This document shows positions 48,741-59,758 of a DNA stretch of 64,000 bases, piece by piece (positions within the stretch are counted from its first letter, which is position 1; every line of letters begins with the position of its first letter). The position numbers and the translations under genes were made by a program. The notes beneath the pieces are model-generated. The model ran no database searches. It saw only the letters and a list, made by a program, of their open reading frames with translations, and was not told the DNA's origin. Where the stretch lies: assembly GCA_047495785.1 (NCBI GenBank), contig JBLDXI010000007.1:4588001-4652000 (forward strand), given 5' to 3'. Source of the stretch: Lepidodermella squamata. Its lineage: Eukaryota > Animalia > Gastrotricha.

Positions 48741-49956
48741 ATTCGTTTGGTTTGGTTTGCCATAGCCTTCCTCAAAACCCGAAAGGGTATAGACACTGAG
48801 TCGCGGGGAAGAGAAACAAATAAATCATTTTCATTTTCATTTTCGGGATTTGAAACACCCGTTAGCGCATTGGTGCTCCCAACGCAGTTCAGTGCTATTC
48901 TCACTAAAATATTCAAGTATGAAAACAGTCGAAGGCAGGGTTGCATTGGCTGGACGCTACCCCTATCGGGTTAGCAACCAGAGACGGGTGAACGTACGGT
49001 TGTTCCTAGGGATGTGGGTTGCGAGTAGGCGAATGAGTCCCACTACAGATTAGATATATAATCTTTTCAAATATGCGATCAGATCGACAAAGTTATTATT
49101 TGTTTCGCAGAAACTAAGGAGTAAGTAGAATGAACTGCAAACATGTTTTCCTTGGGTAGTTTTTATATTTTATAGGTATAAGGCCCCTCCCTCCTCCCCA
49201 AAAATGATTAGAACAATCAGGCGAAGGTGATATCTCGAGTAGAAGCGATAGAACCTCAAAAAATTTGGCTTCAGTAGCATGTTGGGCTTACGTGGATGCT
49301 GTGGTAGTTTTCACAAATATTGCTTTGGTTTCACCATGAAATGATGAAATTAGCAAAGACTAAGTAATAGAATAATTCCTTAGTAGTTATTTGTTGAAAA
49401 ATAAACATTATTGTAGGTAAAGTCAGAAGAAACTTTCCGAACAACCAGTCAGCTAAAACGTTGAATACCTTCAAGAAAAAAATGGCATCCAGTATTCTAA
49501 TTTCACAGCTAGATAGATCAGGTCTCTAGCTTCAATTTGATATATAATTCATCCATTTCGGGTTTCGTATTCGCATACAGCGAACCTTCGAAGATCGAGT
49601 AAATCCTTAGGTAGAAAAAAGTAAGAAAATGAAGAAAATGAATACGCTGATAATCATGAAAAAATAAACGCGTTTTTCTTTAACAAAAATAATGAAATTG
49701 CAAAGGAAAAAAGGTGTAAATAATTGCGCTATATCTAAAGTTGCCGGCTATAGAAGAGAGCACTTTAGGCTAATATACTTAGTGGAACCAGTGAATCCAC
49801 AATAATCTGATTGGCCAGGTGGTTTCAAGTTTCAAGTCTGTGATTGGTTGGTTCAAAGAGCACGCGACACGCATGGTTCGAGGGGTTGGTTTAACTTTTT
49901 TTCTGCGATCACAAAATATGAAATGTGGCGGAAGGTGACCACCCTTCTGCCATCTA

Positions 49957-50029
49957 GCCGAGATAGCTCAGTTGGGAGAGCGTTAGACTGAAGATCTAAA
50001 GGTCCCTGGTTCGATCCCGGGTCTCGGCG
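49957..50029 (+). tRNA. tRNA-Phe(GAA)
   Basis: GCCGAGATAGCTCAGTTGGGAGAGCGTTAGACTGAAGATCTAAAGGTCCCTGGTTCGATCCCGGGTCTCGGCG forms a full cloverleaf with a T5 terminator downstream. Confidence 0.96.
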
Positions 50030-50098
50030 TACCTTTTTGCGCTGCCTTTGGCCTATCCTAAGTGCCATGTTAGAAGCTCGTGGGGGTTTTCAATCGCA

Positions 50099-50170
50099 GG
50101 CCCGTTGGTCTAGGAGTATGATTCTCGCTTTGGGTGCGAGAGGTCTCGGGTTCAATTCCCGAACGGGCCC
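50099..50170 (+). tRNA. tRNA-Pro(TGG)
   Basis: Anticodon arm CTCGC-TTTGGGT-GCGAG, with paired acceptor and T stems and a T-run downstream. The D-loop reads TAGGAG rather than TAGGGG. Confidence 0.9.
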
Positions 50171-50254
50171 ACTCGTTTTTTTCTTCATTTGAATTTAAAC
50201 TTTCAACAAGGTATTGAAAATTTATCTCATAATCCAGGCATTAAATTTCATATC

Positions 50255-50326
50255 TCCCTGATGGTCTAGTGGTTAGGATTCCGCGCTTTCACCGCGGCGG
50301 CCCGGGTTCGATTCCCGGTCAGGGAA
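50255..50326 (+). tRNA. tRNA-Glu(TTC)
   Basis: TCCCTGA...CCGCG-CTTTCAC-CGCGG...GGTTCGATTCC...TCAGGGAA, with TTTT downstream. Confidence 0.96.
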
Positions 50327-50385
50327 AGTTTTGCTTTGAAATGAGTTTTTTGAAAAAATCATACTGCTCATCGCAAAAAATCGAG

Positions 50386-50460
50386 CAAGGCTCAGGGGGA
50401 TCGAACCGCTTCCAATCTTATGCTAACTGGGCAGACACTCTATCACTAAGCTACTTTGCC
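50386..50460 (-). pseudogene. Degenerate tRNA-like sequence
   Basis: The minus strand has an A-box-like TAGCTTAGTGATAGAG and a B-box GGTTCGATCCC, but the stems do not pair. Confidence 0.5.
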
Positions 50461-50534
50461 TTTTGGCTTAGATGGCCATTCAGTCCCAAATTTAAGCTGC
50501 CGAAGTAAACGATTCGTGGCAAAAAATGTTTTGT

Positions 50535-50604
50535 TGGATACGGGTGCCGATCCCGTTGCCTCTCGCATGTTAAGCAACCGCTCTACCATTTGAGCTAATG
50601 CCCC
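50535..50604 (-). pseudogene. tRNA-Ala(AGC)-derived pseudogene (anticodon now AAC)
   Basis: GGGGCATTAGCTCAAATGGTAGAGCGGTTGCTTAACATGCGAGAGGCAACGGGATCGGCACCCGTATCCA has the Ala-AGC body with the GGATCG T-loop, a broken anticodon stem and a shortened 3' acceptor strand. Confidence 0.75.
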
Positions 50605-50677
50605 ATGTATTTGAGTCAATATTTAACAAAGGCATTCTAGACAATAACGTAAAACTAGCAGTAATTTTTTGAAAAGC

Positions 50678-50760
50678 TGGCGCCCTTCGGGAGACTCGAA
50701 CCCCGGAAACTGCGATTAACTGCTCACGGGAGACCATGGTTCGATTCCGTGCCAAGGATC
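50678..50760. pseudogene. Two back-to-back tRNA 3'-half remnants
   Basis: The minus-strand ...GGGGTTCGAGTCTCCCGAAGGGCG abuts the plus-strand Asp-like CACGGGAGACCATGGTTCGATTCCGTG...GGA. Each is followed by a T-run on its own strand. Confidence 0.5.
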
Positions 50761-50816
50761 TAGCTTTTTTCTCGATTTTAAAGCTGAACCATACGAATTG
50801 GCCAAAAATGTACAAC

Positions 50817-50889
50817 CGCCCGATGTGGGGCTCGAACCCACGACCCTGGGATTAAGAGTCCCATGCTCTACCGACTGAGCTAACCGGGC
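50817..50889 (-). tRNA. tRNA-Lys(CTT)
   Basis: GCCCGGTTAGCTCAGTCGGTAGAGCATGGGACTCTTAATCCCAGGGTCGTGGGTTCGAGCCCCACATCGGGCG is a canonical cloverleaf. Confidence 0.97.
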
Positions 50890-51124
50890 TGAGACTGAGT
50901 AGTGTACTGCTAAATCTTATATTTCCTTACTGGTATTACTTCTGAATTAAAAGCAATCGCAGAAAAAATTAAATGGTGCGTATCGCGTGCTCTTTGAACC
51001 AACCAATCACAGACTTGATACCACCCGGCCAATCAGATAATTGTGGATTCACTGGTTCCACTAAGCTACAATATTTCATGAATTCTGGCACACACGTGCG
51101 ACAACCTAACGCTACCTCATCACG

Positions 51125-51552
51125 GCCGGAACTACCGCGGCCTAATGAGCGACCGAGTTATAGCGACTAGAGCTATAAGTCTAGTGAAGTCCCGAGGATT
51201 TTCCACACAGAAACTCTTTCTGCACCATATATTTAGTACATAGAGATGGCGAGACTACGGCCGCTCTATCTCGCTCATCGTGCTCACTCGTGGGTCATCG
51301 TACTCACACATAAAGCTCTTAAAGCTTAGAGTCTGAGAGTCATCGCACTCACTCGCAGTTGGACCGACTGCGATATCTAATGTTATAGAGATAGAGATTT
51401 TCTCAAGTCCTCGGGACTTGTCGATTATCCCACGCACTCCCAGTATAGCGGAAGCCCCGGACGGCCAGAATATAGAGTCCTCGGAAACTTAGAACATACG
51501 AGTCGCTATATAATATCATAACTCAGCCTCTGACTAGGGCTCGGTAGTCGCG
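51125..51552. repeat. Degenerate fold-back (MITE-like) element
   Basis: Nested imperfect inverted matches: CTACCG...GAGTTATAGCGACT vs AGTCGCTATA...ATAACTC...CGGTAG, and AAGTCCCGAGGA vs TCCTCGGGACTT. Confidence 0.4.
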
Positions 51553-52242
51553 GCTTTTATATATTTTTACAAGGCGGACACAGGTTGTCGTAGAAAAACA
51601 GAAGTGAGTTGCCGCCGGTTGCACCTAGGCCCAGTCACATATGCAAATAAGATAACGCATAATGAATTGAAAATTCGAAGACTTAGAAGATTGACAATTT
51701 TACATCAAAAGTCTATAGACTCGTGGCTACGGAGTAGTTTTCATCACCAAGTTGATGTTATATCATTCGCCAATTTAAAATTAATGAGGATCGAAAACAT
51801 TATAATTATGAATATGCCACAGGATTTTCAATTTTAATATATTAGCTATGGCATTTTCAGCTGATTTCCGACTTGGGCATTGGCAAATTCATGAGAAGCT
51901 TAATTAGATGGCAAATTTAACTATCGCTAGGTAATAAAAGTGCGCGCAATATTATTGCGCGAGTTAACGATGGAGCGCGACGTTGGCCAGCGTGCGCAAA
52001 ACGGGTGCGGACACCAGGACAAACAAAAAGTAAAACACTAACGGTGGAACGCTTTACGTTCCCCCGTCACTATTCACAGATCGCGGTCAATTTATGCATG
52101 TTTATACGTATAAACTGTTTAAACATGTAAAAATATATGTTTAAACCCTGCATATAAATAATAATACTAAGGCTAAGATTTCGACGGCTAGCCAAGCACC
52201 ATATTTTTCTTTTCTTACCACAGGACTCACTGCTATCGAAAA

Positions 52243-52641
52243 ACAGATATCACCATTGAATTCCTCGTCAAAAGTTACCTATTGACGTGACAAGAAAACG
52301 ATTAGCAGCAGTTTCTTAGCTAAGATGCAAACCCGCGAGGCAAACGGTATCTAAAGGCGAGATTGCGAAGAAACAATTTTACGGTTCGTCGAGAATTAAC
52401 AATGGACTGCTGAGCTCTTGCCAACAAAGAAAGTTAACAAAGAAAATGAAAAGGACACCGCCGGATCAAATGGCTTTTTCAGAATTTTCATACCCATCGC
52501 CGCTTCCGAGATTCCGGTCCAGATTCCGGTCCAGATTGCTTTATTGCAGCAATAAAAAATTGCCCAAAAGTGCTGCTACTCCTTCTCTATTACCTTTCTA
52601 GGGTAACTTTTCACCAGGAATTCAATGGCGATAACTGTTTC
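52243..52641. repeat. Imperfect ~40-bp inverted repeat pair (old DNA-transposon relic)
   Basis: AACAGATATCACCATTGAATTCCTCGTCAAAAGTTACC vs GGTAACTTTTCACCAGGAATTCAATGGCGATAACTGTT. Confidence 0.5.
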
Positions 52642-53020
52642 ATGATTGCAGTAACCTTAGTTTCAGTAATAGATGCTGATGAAGCTCAAGCACGTTGGGA
52701 ACCCTTGTTCACCCTGTGTTTATCCCATTACCCAAAAGTAATCTAATACACTACCTAAGTACATGAATTATATAGTATAAGTCTCGATATGTAATAACGT
52801 TACAAAATAACGAAATTCGCTCAACTTTCACCTTACTTTCCTTGTTATAGTGGTCAAAATCTGCCACGTTTCTGCGCCTATATTTATACATTTTCACATG
52901 GCACCAAAACTTTATACTGTTTAATCATGTGTTTAAACACGTGAGTTTTAACAGACTGTTTTTACAAGTGCAACTCTGGTCGAAGGTCAATTGAACTCTT
53001 TGCAGTTGGGGCCTGTCCGC

Positions 53021-56000
53021 ATTCGGCACGATGCCGATGAGCTGCGCAACGTACAAGGGTTGAAACTGCGATTTCAGCCTGTTTTGGCTGGCAGCGAAAT
53101 ATCGGTCATCCGAAATGTCAGCTTATCGCCTGCAAACGTGGTAGCGCTTGTTGCCACTAACGAATGAAGCGCGAATATGCATGGTTCGCCCGGATTCGGC
53201 ACGATGCCGATGAGCTGCGCAACGTACAAGGGTTGAAACTGCGATTTCAGCCTGTTTTGGCTGGCAGCGAAATATCGGTCATCCGAAATGTCAGCGGATC
53301 GCCTGCAAACGTGGTAGCGCTTGTTGCCACTAACGAATGAAGCGCGAATATGCATGGTTCGCCCGGATTAGGCACGATGCCGATGAGCTGCGCAACGTAC
53401 AAGGGTTGAAACTGCGATTTCAGCCTGTTCTGGCTGGCAGCGAAATATCGGTCATCCGAAATGTCAGCGGATCGCCTGCAAACGTGGTAGCGCTTGTTGC
53501 CACTAACGAATGAAGCGCGAATATGCATGGTTTGCCCGGATTCGGCACGATGCCGATGAGCTGCGCAACGTACAAGGGTTGAAACTGCGATTTCAGCCTG
53601 TTTTGGCTGGCAGCGAAATATCGGTCATCCGAAATGTCAGCGGATCGCCTGCAAACGTGGTAGCGCTTGTTGCCACTAACGAATGAAGCGCGAATATGCA
53701 TGGTTCGCCCGAATTCGGCACGATGCCGATGAGCTGCGCAACGTACAAGGGTTGAAACTGCGATTTCAGCCTGTTTTGGCTGGCAGCGAAATATCGGTCA
53801 TCCGAAATGTCAGCGGAATGCTTGCAAACGTGGTAGCGCTTGTTGCCACTAACGAATGAAGCGCGAATATGCATGGTTCGCCCGGATTCGGCACGATGCC
53901 GATGAGCTGCGCAACGTACAAGGGTTGATACTGCGATTTCAGCCTGTTTTGGCTGGCAGCGAAATATCGGTCATCCGAAATGTCAGCGGATCGCCTGCAA
54001 ACGTGGTAGCGCTTGTTGCCACTAACGAATGAAGCGCGAATACGCATGGTTCGCCCGGATTCGGCACGATGCCGATGAGCTGCGCAACGTACAAGGGTTG
54101 AAACTGCGATTTCATCCTGTTTTGGCTGGCAGCGAAATATCGGTCATCCGAAATGTCAGCGGAATGCTTGCAAACGTGGTAGCGCTTGTTGCCACTAACG
54201 AATGAAGCGCGAATATGCATGGTTCGCCCGGATTCGGCACGATGCCGATGAGCTGCGCAACGTACATGGGTTGAAACTGCGATTTCAGCCTGTTTTGGCT
54301 GGCAGCGAAATATCGGTCATCCGAAATGTCAGCGGATCGCCTGCAAACGTGGTAGCGCTTGTTGCCACTAACGAATGAAGCGCGAATATGCATGGTTCGC
54401 CCGGATTCGGCACGATGCCGATGAGCTGCGCAACGTACAAGGGTTGAAACTGCGATTTCAGCCTGTTCTGGCTGGCAGCGAAATATCGGTCATCCGAAAT
54501 GTCAGCGGAATGCTTGCAAACGTGGTAGCGCTTGTTGCCACTAACGAATGAAGCGCGAATATGCATGGTTCGCCCGGATTCGGCACGATGCCGATGAGCT
54601 GCGCAACGTACAAGGGTTGATACTGCGATTTCAGCCTGTTTTGGCTGGCAGCGAAATATCGGTCATCCGAAATGTCAGCGGATCGCCTGCAAACGTGGTA
54701 GCGCTTGTTGCCACTAACGAATGAAGCGCGAATATGCATGGTTCGCCCGGATTAGGCACGATGCCGATGAGCTGCGCAACGTACAAGGGTTGAAACTGCG
54801 ATTTCAGCCTGTTTTGGCTGGCAGCGAAATATCGGTCATCCGAAATGTCAGCGGAATGCTTGCAAACGTGGTAGCGCTTGTTGCCACTAACGATTGAAGC
54901 GCGAATATGCATGGTTCGCCCGAATTCGGCACGATGCTGATGAGCTGCGCAACGTACAAGGGTTGATACTGCGATTTCAGCCTGTTTTGGCTGGCAGCGA
55001 AATATCGGTCATCCGAAATGTCAGCGGATCGCCTGCAAACGTGGTAGCGCTTGTTGCCACTAACGAATGAAGCGCGAATATGCATGGTTCGCCCGGATTA
55101 GGCACGATGCCGATGAGCTGCGCAACGTACAAGGGTTGAAACTGCGATTTCAGCCTGTTTTGGCTGGCAGCGAAATATCGGTCATCCGAAATGTCAGCGG
55201 AATGCTTGCAAACGTGGTAGCGCTTGTTGTCACTAACGAATGAAGCGCGAATATGCATGGTTCGCCCGGATTCGGCACGATGCCGATGAGCTGCGCAACG
55301 TACAAGGGTTGAAACTGCGATTTCAGCCTGTTTTGGCTGGCAGCGAAATATCGGTCATCCGAAATGTCAGCGGATCGCCTGCAAACGTGGTAGCGCTTGT
55401 TGCCACTAACGAATGAAGCGCGAATATGCATGGTTCGCCCGGATTCGGCACGATGCCGATGAGCTGCGCAACGTACAAGGGTTGAAACTGCGATTTCAGC
55501 CTGTTTTGGCTGGCAGCGAAATATCGGTCATCCGAAATGTCAGCGGATCGCCTGCAAACGTGGTAGCGCTTGTTGCCACTAACGAATGAAGCGCGAATAT
55601 GCATGGTTCGCCCGGATTCGGCACGATGCCGATGAGCTGCGCAACGTACAAGGGTTGAAACTGCGATTTCAGCCTGTTTTGGCTGGCAGCGAAATATCGG
55701 TCATCCGAAATGTCAGCGGAATGCTTGCAAACGTGGTAGCGCTTGTTGCCACTAACGAATGAAGCGCGAATATGCATGGTTCGCCCGGATTCGGCACGAT
55801 GCCGATGAGCTGCGCAACGTACAAGGGTTGAAACTGCGATTTCAGCCTGTTTTGGCTGGCAGCGAAATATCGGTCATCCGAAATGTCAGCGGAATGCTTG
55901 CAAACGTGGTAGCGCTTGTTGCCACTAACGAATGAAGCGCGAATATGCATGGTTCGCCCGGATTCGGCACGATGCCGATGAGCTGCGCAACGTACATGGG

Positions 56001-59000
56001 TTGAAACTGCGATTTCAGCCTGTTTTGGCTGGCAGCGAAATATCGGTCATCCGAAATGTCAGCGGATCGCCTGCAAACGTGGTAGCGCTTGTTGCCACTA
56101 ACGAATGAAGCGCGAATATGCATGGTTCGCCAGGATTCGGCACGATGCCGATGAGCTGCGCAACGTACAAGGGTTGAAACTGCGATTTCAGCCTGTTCTG
56201 GCTGGCAGCGAAATATCGGTCATCCGAAATGTCAGCGGATCGCCTGCAAACGTGGTAGCGCTTGTTGCCACTAACGAATGAAGCGCGAATATGCATGGTT
56301 TGCCCGGATTCGGCACGATGCCGATGAGCTGCGCAACGTACAAGGGTTGAAACTGCGATTTCAGCCTGTTTTGGCTGGCAGCGAAATATCGGTCATCCGA
56401 AATGTCAGCGGAATGCTTGCAAACGTGGTAGCGCTTGTTGCCACTAACGAATGAAGCGCGAATATGCATGGTTCGCCCGGATTCGGCACGATGCCGATGA
56501 GCTGCGCAACGTACATGGGTTGAAACTGCGATTTCAGCCTGTTCTGGCTGGCAGCGAAATATCGGTCATCCGAAATGTCAGCGGATCGCCTGCAAACGTG
56601 GTAGCGCTTGTTGCCACTAACGAATGAAGCGCGAATATGCATGGTTTGCCCGGATTCGGCACGATGCCGATGAGCTGCGCAACGTACAAGGGTTGAAACT
56701 GCGATTTCAGCCTGTTTTGGCTGGCAGCGAAATATCGGTCATCCGAAATGTCAGCGGAATGCTTGCAAACGTGGTAGCGCTTGTTGCCACTAACGAATGA
56801 AGCGCGAATATGCATGGTTCGCCCGGATTCGGCACGATGCCGATGAGCTGCGCAACGTACATGGGTTGAAACTGCGATTTCAGCCTGTTTTGGCTGGCAG
56901 CGAAATATCGGTCATCCGAAATGTCAGCGGATCGCCTGCAAACGTGGTAGCGCTTGTTGCCACTAACGAATGAAGCGCGAATATGCATGGTTCGCCCGGA
57001 TTCGGCACGATGCCGATGAGCTGCGCAACGTACAAGGGTTGAAACTGCGATTTCAGCCTGTTCTGGCTGGCAGCGAAATATCGGTCATCCGAAATGTCAG
57101 CGGATCGCCTGCAAACGTGGTAGCGCTTGTTGCCACTAACGAATGAAGCGCGAATATGCATGGTTTGCCCGGATTCGGCACGATGCCGATGAGCTGCGCA
57201 ACGTACAAGGGTTGAAACTGCGATTTCAGCCTGTTTTGGCTGGCAGCGAAATATCGGTCATCCGAAATGTCAGCGGATCGCCTGCAAACGTGGTAGCGCT
57301 TGTTGCCACTAACGAATGAAGCGCGAATATGCATGGTTCGCCCGAATTCGGCACGATGCCGATGAGCTGCGCAACGTACAAGGGTTGAAACTGCGATTTC
57401 AGCCTGTTTTGGCTGGCAGCGAAATATCGGTCATCCGAAATGTCAGCGGAATGCTTGCAAACGTGGTAGCGCTTGTTGCCACTAACGAATGAAGCGCGAA
57501 TATGCATGGTTCGCCCGGATTCGGCACGATGCCGATGAGCTGCGCAACGTACAAGGGTTGAAACTGCGCTTTCAGCCTGTTTTGGCTGGCAGCGAAATAT
57601 CGGTCATCCGAAATGTCAGCGGATCGCCTGCAAACGTGGTAGCGCTTGTTGCCACTAACGAATGAAGCGCGATTATGCATGGTTTGCCCGGATTCGGCAC
57701 GATGCCGATGAGCTGCGCAACGTACAAGGGTTGAAACTGCGATTTCAGCCTGTTTTGGCTGGCAGCGAAATATCGGTCATCCGAAATGTCAGCGGATCGC
57801 CTGCAAACGTGGTAGCGCTTGTTGCCACTAACGAATGAAGCGCGATTATGCATGGTTTGCCCGGATTCGGCACGATGCCGATGAGCTGCGCAACGTACAA
57901 GGGTTGAAACTGCGATTTCAGCCTGTTTTGGCTGGCAGCGAAATATCGGTCATCCGAAATGTCAGCGGATCGCCTGCAAACGTGGTAGCGCTTGTTGCCA
58001 CTAACGAATGAAGCGCGAATATGCATGGTTCGCCCGGATTCGGCACGATGCCGATGAGCTGCGCAACGTACAAGGGTTGAAACTGCGATTTCAGCCTGTT
58101 TTGGCTGGCAGCGAAATATCGGTCATCCGAAATGTCAGCGGAATGCTTGCAAACGTGGTAGCGCTTGTTGCCACTAACGAATGAAGCGCGAATATGCATG
58201 GTTCGCCCGGATTCGGCACGATGCCGATGAGCTGCGCAACGTACATGGGTTGAAACTGCGATTTCAGCCTGTTTTGGCTGGCAGCGAAATATCGGTCATC
58301 CGAAATGTCAGCGGATCGCCTGCAAACGTGGTAGCGCTTGTTGCCACTAACGAATGAAGCGCGAATATGCATGGTTCGCCCGGATTCGGCACGATGCCGA
58401 TGAGCTGCGCAACGTACAAGGGTTGAAACTGCGATTTCAGCCTGTTTTGGCTGGCAGCGAAATATCGGTCATCCGAAATGTCAGCGGATCGCCTGCAAAC
58501 GTGGTAGCGCTTGTTGCCACTAACGAATGAAGCGCGAATATGCATGGTTCGCCCGGATTCGGCACGATGCCGATGAGCTGCGCAACGTACAAGGGTTGAA
58601 ACTGCGATTTCAGCCTGTTTTGGCTGGCAGCGAAATATCGGTCATCCGAAATGTCAGCGGATCGCCTGCAAACGTGGTAGCGCTTGTTGCCACTAACGAA
58701 TGAAGCGCGATTATGCATGGTTTGCCCGGATTCGGCACGATGCCGATGAGCTGCGCAACGTACAAGGGTTGAAACTGCGATTTCAGCCTGTTTTGGCTGG
58801 CAGCGAAATATCGGTCATCCGAAATGTCAGCGGATCGCCTGCAAAAGTGGTAGCGCTTGTTGCCACTAACGAATGAAGCGCGATTATGCATGGTTTGCCC
58901 GGATTCGGCACGATGCCGATGAGCTGCGCAACGTACAAGGGTTGAAACTGCGATTTCAGCCTGTTTTGGCTGGCAGCGAAATATCGGTCATCCGAAATGT

Positions 59001-59758
59001 CAGCGGATCGCCTGCAAACGTGGTAGCGCTTGTTGCCACTAACGAATGAAGCGCGAATATGCATGGTTCGCCCGGATTCGGCACGATGCCGATGAGCTGC
59101 GCAACGTACAAGGGTTGAAACTGCGATTTCAGCCTGTTTTGGCTGGCAGCGAAATATCGGTCATCCGAAATGTCAGCGAATGCTTGCAAACGTGGTAGCG
59201 CTTGTTGCCACTAACGAATGAAGCGCGAATATGCATGGTTCGCCCGGATTCGGCACGATGCCGATGAGCTGCGCAACGTACATGGGTTGAAACTGCGATT
59301 TCAGCCTGTTTTGGCTGGCAGCGAAATATCGGTCATCCGAAATGTCAGCGGATCGCCTGCAAAACGTGGTAGCGCTTGTTGCCACTAACGAATGAAGCGC
59401 GAATATGCATGGTTCGCCCGGATTCGGCACGATGCCGATGAGCTGCGCAACGTACAAGGGTTGAAACTGCGATTTCAGCCTGTTTTGGCTGGCAGCGAAA
59501 TATCGGTCATCCGAAATGTCAGCGGAATGCTTGCAAACGTGGTAGCGCTTGTTGCCACTAACGAATGAAGCGCGAATATGCATGGTTCGCCCGGATTCGG
59601 CACGATGCCGATGAGCTGCGCAACGTACATGGGTTGAAACTGCGATTTCAGCCTGTTTTGGCTGGCAGCGAAATATCGGTCATCCGAAATGTCAGCGGAT
59701 CGCCTGCAAACGTGGTAGCGCTTGTTGCCACTAACGAATGAAGCGCGAATATGCATGG
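53021..59758 (+). repeat. 173-bp tandem satellite array, ~39 monomers, forward orientation
   Basis: Near-exact 173-bp period, also visible as ORF starts every 173 nt. Two main monomer types (CGGATCGCCTGC vs CGGAATGCTTGC) plus recurrent single-base variants. Confidence 0.99.

Larger units (their letters stand above)
49778..51065. mobile_element. Inverted-repeat-bounded 1288-bp cassette enclosing a tRNA gene cluster (putative non-autonomous TIR element)
   Basis: Left arm 49778-49909 and right arm 50956-51065 are reverse complements (CTTAGTGGAACCAGTGAATCCACAAT.ATCTGATTGGCC.GGTGGT.TCAAG...TCTGTGATTGGTTGGTTCAAAGAGCACGCGA.ACGCA...TTTTTTCTGCGAT). No clean TSD. Confidence 0.65.
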
